Of a stretch of 64,000 nucleotides of DNA, positions 28,479 through 38,125 are shown piece by piece. Position 1 is the first letter of the stretch. The number at the start of each line of letters is the position of its first letter. The notes beneath the pieces were generated by a model. The model was not told where the DNA came from, ran no database searches, and saw only the letters and a program-made list of their open reading frames with translations. The stretch is from a bacterium (GTDB lineage: Bacteria > T1Sed10-126), in assembly GCA_003554945.1 (NCBI GenBank), contig PWHN01000099.1:9289-73288 (forward strand), given 5' to 3'. The translations under genes were made by a program, and so were the position numbers.

Positions 28479-31211
28479 ATGGCCGGTTTTCAGGCGATGG
28501 ACAACGCTCTGTCGGGGCTTTTAGCGTCCAGGAGGTCTCTGGACACCACCGCTCACAATATCGCCAATGCGGGTAATAAGAGTTATTCTCGTCAGCGGGC
28601 TGAACTACAGACCAACCGTCCCCAGGTTATTGGCGGGCTCACCATTGGGACCGGCGTTCATGTTGCTGAGATTACCCGGGCGCGCGATCATATGCTTGAT
28701 ACGCGCATGAGACAATCTACATCGACGCTTGATCGATACGATCAGTTAACTACACTTTACGATGATATAGAGACAGCTCTTAACGAACCATCGGACGAAG
28801 GGTTACGGGGAACTTTTGGTGATTTAAATGCCGCCATGCAGGAGCTGGCCAACGAGCCGGAAAACCGAGGCAGCCGGAGGACAGTTATCGGGCAGGCCGA
28901 AACTTTTGCCAGTGGGATAAGAAGGTTTTATCGGACTTTAAATGATATCGGCGGCGGTGAAGGTGAAAACAGTATAAATGTACAGATAGAATCCACTCTG
29001 GATGAGATAAATAATATCGCTGAGAATATTGCTTCGCTTAACAGAGAGATTAATGCCTCTGAGGCCCGCGGGACAAACCCGAACGATTTACTTGACCAAC
29101 GAACCGAATTGACCCGTGAGCTTTCCGAATATATAGACGTTACAGTTCAGGAAACATCGGAACAATTTCGCGTGAACGTTGCAGGTTTCACCCTTGTGCA
29201 GGGCAGTGAGTCCCATGAACTTGACTTTCGGCAGCCCGGCCCCGGAGAACCGCGCAAAATTGTTTATGATGATCATTTGGAAAGTGTTGTCACACCGCAA
29301 AATGGTAAGCTGAAAGCACTTATGGATATGCGGGAGGAAGGCATTCCAGACATTATTGACGATCTTAATGACCTGACTGTACGGCTGGTTGACCGTTTCA
29401 ACGACATCCACCGGAGCGGTTTTGGTATGCAGGAGCAGAGCCGCAACAACTTCTGGTCGGAGCTTCCGACCGCTGATGAGGGGATGTTCAGGTTTGAAGG
29501 TCTGGGAGACGTTGGTGGTGATTATCCGGAACGTAAGGCCGGTCACGTCGATGCACCGGACGAGCTTCTGTTTATTGACGGAGAGTCCGATGACGCCCGA
29601 GAAATGCCCCGTAATTTTGACGGTGACAGCGGGATATCAGATAACCCGGACGGAACGCTTTTAATTAACGGCCATTCAATTAATTACAACATGAAAGAGG
29701 ATTCGCTGGACGACATAATTGACCGCATTAATGAGTCGCCCAACCACGCACAGGCCTACTGGAGCGCCGATGAACGGCTGGTAATCACCGGAACACAGGA
29801 AAATGACTATCGAATTGACGAAATGCGTGATAACGGGCTTTTACTCGACAAAACCAATATTCTTTCCGTCGGCGGAAGCAATCGAAGCAGTTCGAGGTCC
29901 GTGGACGACGTGGAAGAAGACATTGCCTCTGAACTTGAAAGTTTTTTTGATGACGTGGATTATGCCGATGGGACGCTGGAGTTTTCTTCCCAACGTGAAG
30001 AAGACTTTACAATAAATTACGACGCTGAAGAGGATTCTCTGGTGGAATTGGTCGATAGAATCAACAACGCAAGCGAAGCGGCAGATTCAGACGTGGTTGC
30101 CTCGGTTACTAGTAACGACGAACTACGGTTGTTTACTGCTCATGAAGAAGAGCTTGATGAAGACGAAGGTCCTATTTATGGTGCTGGAGAAGAGATAGAC
30201 CTGCATGTTTCAAATGTTCATGACGTTCAACGGGGTGATACTGTTCGAGTCTCTGATAACGATGGAGCCGAAGAAGCTCGTGTTATTCATGTTAATCGTG
30301 ACGACGGTATCATTACGGTAGATGAACTTGACGAAGAGTATGATACTGGCGAAGACGCAGTAGTCCATATCAACAATAAACAGGACGATTTCAGGGTTAA
30401 TGACACGTCTAGTTTTGGTATTGATGATACGGACGTCGACGAGCATGATGACGAAGATTGGTATGGAATATATTTAACAGATGACGATGATTCCAGCAAT
30501 TTTACTGAAGGCGACACGGTGATAGTGGCGAATGACACTGAAACAGCGGGTGATGAGATCCGTGGCCGGGTGATGGAAGTCGACGACGAGGAGGGCATAG
30601 TCTACATTGATGAGGAGGTCGACGCAGCAGATATAGATGAGGGCGCAACAATAAGAAATACCAGGGATGAACATGAGACCCGTAATTTGTTGGCGGGCCT
30701 GGGAATGGACCGGCTTTATCGAGACGACAGCAGCTACGAGTATGCGATCACCGGTCAGTCGCAGCGGCCGCCCCTGGCCGATCAGGCGGCGGCTCTTGAG
30801 GTGGACAGCCTGATTGATGCCAATCCGGATCTGATTGCCGCTTCTGGCGGTGACGATATTGATAACACGGGAATTGCCGACACGATGAAAGGTGAAGGCG
30901 ACGGTTCAGTGATGAACGAACTGTCCAATCTTCACGATAAAAATGTAATGGCCCAGGGTGAAAAATCAATGGACGATCACCTGAGTGAAATGGCCGCTGA
31001 GATTGGCAGCGACTCCTCTCTGGTTCGCCGCGAAAAACGTGCATCTGAACAATTGGTTCATCAGCTTGAGGACCAGATACAGAGCGTCTCCGGCGTTAGC
31101 CTGGACGAAGAAATGAGCAAATTGATACGCGAACAGCAGGGGTTCCAGGCGGCCAGCCGGGTGATTGGGGCAGTGCGTGATATGTCTAATGAAATTATGC
31201 AGTTGATTTAA
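28479..31211 (+). CDS. flgK: Flagellar hook-associated protein 1 (FlgK) with a ~500-aa acidic insert
   Basis: N-terminal rod/hook signature MAGFQAMDNALSGLLASRRSLDTTAHNIANAGNKSYSRQRAEL, and a C-terminal conserved helix (QGFQAASRVIGAVRDMSNEIMQLI). Confidence 0.8.
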   Translation: MAGFQAMDNALSGLLASRRSLDTTAHNIANAGNKSYSRQRAELQTNRPQVIGGLTIGTGVHVAEITRARDHMLDTRMRQSTSTLDRYDQLTTLYDDIETALNEPSDEGLRGTFGDLNAAMQELANEPENRGSRRTVIGQAETFASGIRRFYRTLNDIGGGEGENSINVQIESTLDEINNIAENIASLNREINASEARGTNPNDLLDQRTELTRELSEYIDVTVQETSEQFRVNVAGFTLVQGSESHELDFRQPGPGEPRKIVYDDHLESVVTPQNGKLKALMDMREEGIPDIIDDLNDLTVRLVDRFNDIHRSGFGMQEQSRNNFWSELPTADEGMFRFEGLGDVGGDYPERKAGHVDAPDELLFIDGESDDAREMPRNFDGDSGISDNPDGTLLINGHSINYNMKEDSLDDIIDRINESPNHAQAYWSADERLVITGTQENDYRIDEMRDNGLLLDKTNILSVGGSNRSSSRSVDDVEEDIASELESFFDDVDYADGTLEFSSQREEDFTINYDAEEDSLVELVDRINNASEAADSDVVASVTSNDELRLFTAHEEELDEDEGPIYGAGEEIDLHVSNVHDVQRGDTVRVSDNDGAEEARVIHVNRDDGIITVDELDEEYDTGEDAVVHINNKQDDFRVNDTSSFGIDDTDVDEHDDEDWYGIYLTDDDDSSNFTEGDTVIVANDTETAGDEIRGRVMEVDDEEGIVYIDEEVDAADIDEGATIRNTRDEHETRNLLAGLGMDRLYRDDSSYEYAITGQSQRPPLADQAAALEVDSLIDANPDLIAASGGDDIDNTGIADTMKGEGDGSVMNELSNLHDKNVMAQGEKSMDDHLSEMAAEIGSDSSLVRREKRASEQLVHQLEDQIQSVSGVSLDEEMSKLIREQQGFQAASRVIGAVRDMSNEIMQLI

Positions 31212-31237
31212 TCATGCCAAAAAAGGAGGTGGTGTAA

Positions 31238-32899
31238 ATGGGGCGAGTCTCGTTCATAACTCAGTTTGAGCAGCCAAAAAGAAACCTGATGTCAAATACT
31301 AACGATATCCAGCAGACAATGGAACAAATATCGACCGGAAAACAGATTAGCAGACCGTCGGATAGCCCACCTGATATGGTGCGGCTGTTTGAACACCACA
31401 ACGAACAGGGAAGAATTGGCCAGTATAAAGACAATATAACCTCAGCCCGAAATGAACTTGAGACAGCCGAGGGTTCTCTGGGTGAAGTGACTAATCTGTT
31501 GCAACGCGTGCGAGAGCTTTCAGTCCAGGCGGCTAACGATTCTTTAAGTGACCGGGACAGGGAATTGATTAGTGCTGAAGTCGACGAGCGAATTGAGGAG
31601 TTGGTGGATGTTGCTAACAATCGACTGGCCGGGCAGTTCTTGTTTGGAGGCACAGAAACGGAAGACCTCGATCAGTTGTTCACTGTTGAAAGAGATGGCC
31701 AGGATCAAATCCAGGAAGTCCAATTTAACGGCGATTTCAACCCCACGAACAAACAAATTGGTGACGGGGAATTCATTCCCTCCAATTTAATTGGTAGCGA
31801 AATATTTCAGGCAACCAACGAGAGTGCCCGCGGAGATTTTGAAACAGTAGCTTTTGATACTGACCCCGATGTAGATGAATACGATTTTGCCGAAGACCCG
31901 TTAAAGGATCATAACAATATCCCCAAAAGCAAAGGTTACTTTCAGCTCAACGATAGGCAGGTTTACTACGATACAAACGAAGATACTATCATTGATGTCG
32001 CGGAACGTATTAACGACATGGGAATCACGGTTGAGTCAATGTTTGAAGAGGTGCGTGGGGTTCACGAAGATGACGTGGTAGACTTGGAAGATAACGAAAT
32101 AACTATCGCCCAGGATGACCTGCCGGTGGATGTTGAAGTCGGGGATAGGATTAGAATTAAGGATGACGACGGCGACCAGCAAATATTAAGGATAGAAGAG
32201 CTGGAGTTTGATGACGATGAAGATGAGGTTACTATTAGGTTAGACGATGATGTTGATGACCCGGACGATGTTCAAAGCGTTCAATTCATTGATTCGGCCG
32301 GGATTGAACACTCCCCGACTGAAGCGCGGGAACTTGATGAAGACAACCATGACGTCCAGTTCAAGCTCAAGTCTCGAACCCCTCATGAAATATATCTGCG
32401 AGATTTTGACCGCAATCCGGCCAACGGTGACGGCGAGCAGGGGCTGCTGAATGATCTTGGAATAATCGGCCAGAACGGCGAACCCCCTGAACCTCGGGAG
32501 AGACAAAATTATCCTGTTGAATACCACGACGGTGCTTTCCGGGAAGGAAAATCAATTTTTGATACCTTAATTGATTTCAGAAATACCCTCCAGGGTGAGC
32601 CGCCGGCAGACGTTGAAAATGAGGCGGAGGGTTTCCAGCAGTCTATTGAAGAGATTCAACTGGGGGTCGAAAACATACTGGTTCACCGCAGTATTGCCGG
32701 TGCTCGTGTTAACAGATTGGATTCGGCTGAAAACCGGATTGAAGACCGGGAATTGCATACGCAGGAATTAATATCACAGCTTGAGGACGCTGATCTGGCG
32801 GAAGTAATAACTGAACACGAGCGTTTGCGGACAGTTCAGGAGGCTTCGCTTCAAATGTCCTCAAATATTATGCAACTGAGCCTGGCAAATTTTATCTAA
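31238..32899 (+). CDS. flgL: Flagellar hook-associated protein 3 (FlgL) with an acidic insert
   Basis: TGKQISRPSDSPPDMV, and LQRVRELSVQAANDSLSDRDRELISAEVDERIEEL, which is the flagellin-type N-domain. C-terminal LRTVQEASLQMSSNIMQLSLANFI. Confidence 0.75.
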   Translation: MGRVSFITQFEQPKRNLMSNTNDIQQTMEQISTGKQISRPSDSPPDMVRLFEHHNEQGRIGQYKDNITSARNELETAEGSLGEVTNLLQRVRELSVQAANDSLSDRDRELISAEVDERIEELVDVANNRLAGQFLFGGTETEDLDQLFTVERDGQDQIQEVQFNGDFNPTNKQIGDGEFIPSNLIGSEIFQATNESARGDFETVAFDTDPDVDEYDFAEDPLKDHNNIPKSKGYFQLNDRQVYYDTNEDTIIDVAERINDMGITVESMFEEVRGVHEDDVVDLEDNEITIAQDDLPVDVEVGDRIRIKDDDGDQQILRIEELEFDDDEDEVTIRLDDDVDDPDDVQSVQFIDSAGIEHSPTEARELDEDNHDVQFKLKSRTPHEIYLRDFDRNPANGDGEQGLLNDLGIIGQNGEPPEPRERQNYPVEYHDGAFREGKSIFDTLIDFRNTLQGEPPADVENEAEGFQQSIEEIQLGVENILVHRSIAGARVNRLDSAENRIEDRELHTQELISQLEDADLAEVITEHERLRTVQEASLQMSSNIMQLSLANFI

Positions 32900-33092
32900 C
32901 AATTTTATCTAAATTATTCAGACTGACAAAATCAGCTAAAGGGGGGAGACAAAAGGGGAGAAAAGATGGCTTGCCGGGTCAAGCAGCGTCATGCCGGACT
33001 TGATCCGGTATCGAAAGTGATGAAATCGTTGGAAAGTCTGAGTTGCATTTTATCACTATTTTGTATAAACTTATATTAACAGCTTAACAGAT

Positions 33093-33590
33093 ATGCGGAA
33101 AGGGTTTGATCAAACCGTGAAAATTAAGTCGAAGCCCTACGGCGAAATTGAAATTGACAGGGATAAAATAGTTACAGTCCGAGGCGGACTGTTTGGGTTT
33201 GAAGACCAGGAGGAATACGTAATCATAGGAAGAGAGAGCGAACAGCCCTTTGAGTGGTTACAGGCGGTAAACGATCCCGACCTGGCTTTTGTTGTAGTGC
33301 CTCCTAACCTCATACGACCGGATTACGAGCTTTCTATTCTGCCGGAAGATCTCAAGCAGATAGAAGCGGATTCGACCGACGATTTGATGCTTTATTCGAT
33401 CGTGGTTGTGCCACAAAATCCGGACGCGATGACAATTAACTTTCGCGGACCGGTAATAGTAAATCAGGAAAATTTTCTGGCCAAACAGGTGATTAACCAG
33501 GTAGATGAATATACGGTGCGTCATCGGGTTCTTGATGAGCTGGAAGCTTCCGGTCGGCAGGGACTGGTCGCGAAGGGCGGGAGCGAGTAA
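33093..33590 (+). CDS. fliW: Flagellar assembly factor FliW
   Basis: [49 protein letters not shown] is typical of FliW. Confidence 0.85.
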   Translation: MRKGFDQTVKIKSKPYGEIEIDRDKIVTVRGGLFGFEDQEEYVIIGRESEQPFEWLQAVNDPDLAFVVVPPNLIRPDYELSILPEDLKQIEADSTDDLMLYSIVVVPQNPDAMTINFRGPVIVNQENFLAKQVINQVDEYTVRHRVLDELEASGRQGLVAKGGSE

Positions 33591-33841
33591 TGCTTGTTCT
33601 TACCCGAAAAGTTGACGAACGCGTTATGATTGGCGACGACATTGAGATTATGATTGTCGATCAGGACGGCGATCAGGTCAAACTGGGAATTGAAGCACCG
33701 CGTGAGATACCGATTCATCGCCGCGAGGTTTATGAAGAAATCCAGAAAGAAAACATCGAAGCAGCCCGCGCAAGCGGGGAGGAGACCCGTTCTGTGGCAG
33801 AGTTTCTTAAACAACAAAGTGAAGAAAAAAAAGAATCTTAA
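33590..33841 (+). CDS. csrA: Carbon storage regulator CsrA
   Basis: [51 protein letters not shown]. Its start overlaps the fliW stop. Confidence 0.9.
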   Translation: MLVLTRKVDERVMIGDDIEIMIVDQDGDQVKLGIEAPREIPIHRREVYEEIQKENIEAARASGEETRSVAEFLKQQSEEKKES

Positions 33842-33849
33842 AAAAATAT

Positions 33850-33878
33850 TTGACAAACGGCGATTGATGTCCGATAAT
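33850..33878 (+). promoter_or_regulatory. Sigma70-like promoter (TTGACA-N17-GATAAT) immediately after the csrA stop
   Basis: TTGACA at 33850-33855, a 17-nt spacer, and GATAAT at 33873-33878. Confidence 0.45.
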
Positions 33879-33884
33879 TAGATT

Positions 33885-34021
33885 GACATAAGAAAAAGTC
33901 AGCAAGGATGCTGGCTGGAGGACAATTTTTTCACATGGAGGTTTGATAATATTACACTTGTAAACTTAGCCTATTCTTGGTGTGCAGTCTCGGACTGCGC
34001 AGGCAGGGGTAGGTTTTTTTT
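33885..34021 (+). ncRNA. Candidate small RNA with multiple GGA motifs (possible CsrA-titrating sRNA)
   Basis: Bounded by the promoter at 33850-33878 and a T8 run at 34013-34020 preceded by GC-rich structure. Contains the hairpin gtcagcaAGGAtgctggc with AGGA in its loop, plus ctGGAGGAcaa, catGGAGgtt and caGGcaGGGGtaGG. Confidence 0.3.
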
Positions 34022-34185
34022 GTGCACCATGTTGTATACGCGCTTTTTTTGGGGCTCATGAGAGTTAAAGTTGGATTAGTAGTATTTGTAGTAACTCTGG
34101 ATTGATCTTTTTTCTTTTTTGCTCTACGGGGTAAACGGTTCGACGTCATTTGACGGCCGGACTGAAGCTCTTTGACATTCAAATA

Positions 34186-34210
34186 TAGTCGATAGGTTGA
34201 GACAGCCTGG
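34186..34210. repeat. Upstream arm of the inverted repeat bracketing flagellin gene 1 (partner at 35315-35340)
   Basis: tagtcgataggttgagacagcctgg versus downstream cccgggctgtctcgcctatcggctat. About 22 of 25 positions are complementary, with one indel. Confidence 0.6.
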
Positions 34211-34350
34211 ACGCCGGTATGGTGGTTGTATCCTCCGCCGCTTTAGTGGGGAACAACTGCTGTTACCGGACTGTTTTACCACGTTTTTTTTACATCATTA
34301 GTGCTTGACTGCACAGGACTATCAGTACAATTTAGCACAATCTTAGCACA

Positions 34351-34390
34351 ATTCGAATCAAGGACGATTCGATCTTAACTCCAGGAGGGA
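34351..34390 (+). promoter_or_regulatory. 5'UTR CsrA-binding-type hairpin (tcgaatc-AAGGAC-gattcga) plus SD ccaggaggga for flagellin 1
   Basis: Perfect 7-bp stem with a GGA-containing loop at 34353-34372. A second GGA lies in the SD at 34381-34390. The same module occurs before flagellins 3 and 4. Confidence 0.6.
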
Positions 34391-34401
34391 GTGTTCTACC
34401 G

Positions 34402-35295
34402 ATGGGTGGTATGTTTAGAATTAACACTAACGTTCAGGCTACATTTGCACAACGACAGTTACACAGAAGTTCTGGTGATCTTGACCAGGCGCAGGAGCGT
34501 CTGTCCAGTGGTTTACGTATTAACGTGGCTGCTGATGACGCCGCTGGACTGGCCATTGCTGAGAAATTGAGCATGGCCGGCCGTGGTCTTGACCAGGCGC
34601 AGTCTAACGCTCAGGACGGTATATCAGTACTTCAGACCGCCGAGGGTGGTCTTGAGTCTATTGGTGACGACCTGCAGCGGATGCGTGAGCTGGCTGTTCA
34701 GGCAGCTAACGACAGCTTGACTGACGATGACCGTGAACTGATCCAGACTGAGATTTCTCAGCTGGTAGATGAGGTTGACCGAACCGCCTCCACGGTTCAG
34801 TTTAACCAGCGTCAACTGCTTACCAATCAATTTGGTGAAGTTGACGAGGCTGGACGAGCTACTGCTGGAGAGGCATCACTGACTTTCCACATTGGCGCTA
34901 ACCGTGACGAGACAATCACGGTGGCCATGGGAGACGGTCAAGCTATTCAGACGGCTACCTCGCAAGCGCTTGGTATTCGTGTCGACGACGCCCCGATAAG
35001 CGTTGAATCACGTGAGGGTGCTGAATCGGCGATCGAAACGGTTACCCAGGCGATTAACGAAGTTTCGGAAACTCGCGCTAACATTGGTGCCGTTCAGAAC
35101 CGTCTCGAGGGAGCTGTTGACTTCCTGCAGATCCAGGGAGAGAACACCGAGGCTTCCGAGAGCGCGATTCGTGACGCTGACATTGCCGCGGAAGCGGTCA
35201 ACCAGACCCGAGCTAACATCTTGACTCAAGCCGGTACTTCCGTGCTTGCACAGGCCCAGCAGACGCCGCAGATGGCGCTGCAGTTGCTCGGTTAA
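34402..35295 (+). CDS. fliC: Flagellin (paralog 1, 297 aa)
   Basis: MFRINTNVQATFAQRQL...LSSGLRINVAADDAAGLAIAEKL and a C-terminal ANILTQAGTSVLAQAQQTPQMALQLLG. Confidence 0.9.
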   Translation: MGGMFRINTNVQATFAQRQLHRSSGDLDQAQERLSSGLRINVAADDAAGLAIAEKLSMAGRGLDQAQSNAQDGISVLQTAEGGLESIGDDLQRMRELAVQAANDSLTDDDRELIQTEISQLVDEVDRTASTVQFNQRQLLTNQFGEVDEAGRATAGEASLTFHIGANRDETITVAMGDGQAIQTATSQALGIRVDDAPISVESREGAESAIETVTQAINEVSETRANIGAVQNRLEGAVDFLQIQGENTEASESAIRDADIAAEAVNQTRANILTQAGTSVLAQAQQTPQMALQLLG

Positions 35296-35314
35296 CTTTT
35301 TTAGTTCTTTTTTA

Positions 35315-35340
35315 CCCGGGCTGTCTCGCCTATCGGCTAT
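35315..35340. repeat. Downstream arm of the flagellin-1 inverted repeat
   Basis: Reverse complement atagccgataggcgagacagcccggg matches 34186-34210. Confidence 0.6.
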
Positions 35341-35402
35341 CTTTTATTTTTACGAAAAACTGCTGGTGCGGTTTATGCCACAGCGGATGGGAATGAGATG
35401 AA

Positions 35403-35792
35403 ATGAATCATGGGACCGGAGCGATTGAGGGACCCGAGTTTCAAAATAGTTTGATCCAAAATAATAATTTGAACAGAGCCGAAACTACGGCTGAAACAGA
35501 CCGACCGGATAACTCTGCCGGAGCAGCGGTCGAGCGACCGGTTGCTGAGACTACCGTAAGTGTAGAGGATCAGGCAGTTGCCGAAGCTGTTGAAGAACTC
35601 GATCAGGCGGCCGCCGAAGCCTCTTTTTACGGGATTGATTTTAATATCTTGCCCGATGACAACCTGGTCCAGGCACGGTTGATCAGCCAGGAGAATGAGG
35701 AGTTGATTCGCGCTATCCCGCCTGATGAACTGCTGGAAATAAGGCAGCGCGTTGACGCTTTCATAGGACTGTTGTTTGATGTGACAAGATAA
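35403..35792 (+). CDS. flaG: FlaG-like flagellar protein
   Basis: C-terminal IRAIPPDELLEIRQRVDAFIGLLFDV matches the FlaG IPPEELL signature. Lies between flagellin genes. Confidence 0.6.
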   Translation: MNHGTGAIEGPEFQNSLIQNNNLNRAETTAETDRPDNSAGAAVERPVAETTVSVEDQAVAEAVEELDQAAAEASFYGIDFNILPDDNLVQARLISQENEELIRAIPPDELLEIRQRVDAFIGLLFDVTR

Positions 35793-35861
35793 CAAAACTT
35801 CATCGCCGCCCGGGTCACGGAAGACCTGGTTAAAAATCTCCAGGAGGGAGCTGAAGCCGCT

Positions 35862-36752
35862 ATGGGCGGTTTATTTCGTGTTAACACCAATACGCAGGCG
35901 ACCTTTATTGAGCGCCAGCTCTATCGCAATACCCGGCAACTGGATCGGGCGCAGGAACGTCTGGCCAGTGGCTTCAGGATTAATCGGGCAGCTGACGATG
36001 CAGCCGGGCTGGCTATTTCTGAAAAGTTGCGCATGGCCGAGCGCGGCCTGAGTCAGGCTCAGGCCAACGCTCAGGACGGGATCTCACTCCTTCAGACTGC
36101 CGAAGGTGGTATGGAGACAGTTACAGAAGATTTACAGAGAATTCGTGAGCTCAGCTTACAAGCGGCCAACGACAGTCTTACCGACTCCGATCGTGAATTA
36201 ATTCAGGCTGAAATAAATCAACTTGTCCAGGAGATAGACCGTACGGCCTCTACCGTGCAGTTTAACCAGCGTCAGCTGCTTAAAAATGATTTTGGAACTG
36301 TTGATGCTGGCGGTCGGGTCCAGGATGACGGCCGAGCTTCCCTTGCTTTCCACATTGGTGCCAACCGTAACGAAATTATCAGGGTTACTACAAACGAATT
36401 AGGAACTACTACCTCACGTTCTTTGAACCTGAGAACCGAGGATACTTCGCTAAGTATCAGTACACGCGAGGCCGCCGAGTCGGCAATCGAAGTGGCTACC
36501 CGGGCAATTAACCAGGTCTCCCGGCAGAGGGCTAATATTGGAGCACTTCAGAATCGACTCGAGGGTGCGGTCGATTTTCTCCAAATTCAAGAAGAAAATA
36601 CTCAACGTGCCGACAGCCGCATACGTGACGCTGACATCGCCCGGGAGACGATGAATATGACCCGCTCTCAAATTCTTGTCCAGGCCGGCACCTCGCTGCT
36701 TGCCCAGGCCCAGGAACTGCCCCGCACCATCCTCCAAATACTGGGCATCTAA
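35862..36752 (+). CDS. fliC: Flagellin (paralog 2, 296 aa)
   Basis: MGGLFRVNTNTQATFIERQL...LASGFRINRAADDAAGLAISEKL and a C-terminal QILVQAGTSLLAQAQELPRTILQILGI. Confidence 0.9.
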   Translation: MGGLFRVNTNTQATFIERQLYRNTRQLDRAQERLASGFRINRAADDAAGLAISEKLRMAERGLSQAQANAQDGISLLQTAEGGMETVTEDLQRIRELSLQAANDSLTDSDRELIQAEINQLVQEIDRTASTVQFNQRQLLKNDFGTVDAGGRVQDDGRASLAFHIGANRNEIIRVTTNELGTTTSRSLNLRTEDTSLSISTREAAESAIEVATRAINQVSRQRANIGALQNRLEGAVDFLQIQEENTQRADSRIRDADIARETMNMTRSQILVQAGTSLLAQAQELPRTILQILGI

Positions 36753-37034
36753 CTTTTTTCTTTTTTCTAAAGCTATCTTTGAAGTTTTTAGATTCCAGTT
36801 CCAGGTTTTAACTCGCAACACGCAACACGCAATAAGGTTTATGGTTTTGAAGTTTGATTTCAACTTTAAACTAAAAACTATAAACTGGAAACTAATTTTA
36901 TCCCGCAACTACACTTTTACACTTTCCCACTTTCTAACTTTCCCACTAACAAATTTCTCCACTCAAGATTTTTCCTCCGTAGTCGATAATTAAGAACAGG
37001 ATTATTACGAGACGACAGGGATCTTTGACATGTG

Positions 37035-37063
37035 AATACAGCCGGCGAACGGGGACCTGGCCC
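37035..37063. repeat. Upstream arm of the inverted repeat bracketing flagellin gene 3 (partner at 38061-38090)
   Basis: aatacagccggcgaacggggacctggccc. The downstream reverse complement is aatacagccggcgaacggagacctggcccg (29 of 30). Confidence 0.75.
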
Positions 37064-37093
37064 TTTTGTAGCATCAGTACGACCGTTGAACTT

Positions 37094-37132
37094 CGAATCA
37101 AGGATGATTCGATTCTAAAATTCCAGGAGGGA
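37094..37132 (+). promoter_or_regulatory. 5'UTR hairpin tcgaatc-AAGGAT-gattcga plus SD ccaggaggga for flagellin 3
   Basis: Same module as at 34351-34390, with one loop substitution. Confidence 0.6.
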
Positions 37133-37143
37133 GTGTTCTAATT

Positions 37144-38043
37144 ATGGGAGGTCTATTTCGAATCAACACAAACGTGCAGGCCACGTTCTCTCAACGTCAA
37201 CTGCACAGAAGTTCCGCTGATCTTGACAGAGCACAGGAGCGTTTGTCCAGCGGGTTAAGGATTAACGTCGCCGCAGACGATGCCGCAGGACTGGCTATTG
37301 CTGAGAAGTTAGAAATGGCTGGCCGCGGTTTAAGCCAAGCCCAGGACAACGCTCAGGACGGTATATCCGTCCTGCAAACCGCTGAGGGTGGTCTTGAATC
37401 CATTGGAGACGACCTGCAGCGGATGCGTGAGCTGGCCGTGCAAGCTGCTAACGACAGTTTGACTGACGACGATCGTGAACTGATCCAGACTGAGATTTCT
37501 CAGCTGGTCGATGAGATCGATCGCACAGCTTCCACGGTGCAGTTCAACCAGCGTCAGCTTTTAACCAACGAGTTTACAACCGTTGACGAATCTGGCGAGG
37601 CCCAAGAAGGTGAAGGCCCGGGTTCGCTTTCTTTTCACATTGGAGCGAACCGTGACGAGGTCATTACCGTGGACGTGGAAGACGACATTCAGACCGCAAC
37701 TGCTACAGCACTCGGTATTCGCGACGCTGACACGGGAGAACCCGTGAGCGTTGAAACCCGAGAACTTGCCGAATCCACGATCCAAACCGTTTCCGAGGCG
37801 ATTAACGAGGTCTCGGAAAGTCGGGCCAACATCGGTGCCGTTCAGAATCGGCTCGAAGGTGCCGTCGATTTTCTCCAGATTCAGTATGAGAATACCGAGG
37901 CATCGGAGAGCGCGATTCGTGACGCTGACATTGCCGAAGAAGCTGTTAACCAGACAAGGGCCAACATTTTGACCCAGGCCGGTACTTCCGTTCTTGGTCA
38001 GGCACAGCAAACGCCACAGATGGCCCTGCAGCTTCTGCAGTAG
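37144..38043 (+). CDS. fliC: Flagellin (paralog 3, 299 aa)
   Basis: MGGLFRINTNVQATFSQRQL...; N- and C-termini near-identical to paralog 1. Confidence 0.9.
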   Translation: MGGLFRINTNVQATFSQRQLHRSSADLDRAQERLSSGLRINVAADDAAGLAIAEKLEMAGRGLSQAQDNAQDGISVLQTAEGGLESIGDDLQRMRELAVQAANDSLTDDDRELIQTEISQLVDEIDRTASTVQFNQRQLLTNEFTTVDESGEAQEGEGPGSLSFHIGANRDEVITVDVEDDIQTATATALGIRDADTGEPVSVETRELAESTIQTVSEAINEVSESRANIGAVQNRLEGAVDFLQIQYENTEASESAIRDADIAEEAVNQTRANILTQAGTSVLGQAQQTPQMALQLLQ

Positions 38044-38060
38044 TTTTTTACTGACCTTTC

Positions 38061-38090
38061 CGGGCCAGGTCTCCGTTCGCCGGCTGTATT
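38061..38090. repeat. Downstream arm of the flagellin-3 inverted repeat
   Basis: cgggccaggtctccgttcgccggctgtatt, 18 nt after the stop codon. Confidence 0.75.
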
Positions 38091-38125
38091 TTTGAGCTGA
38101 TTTTCTCCAAGGGAGTTTTATTTCC

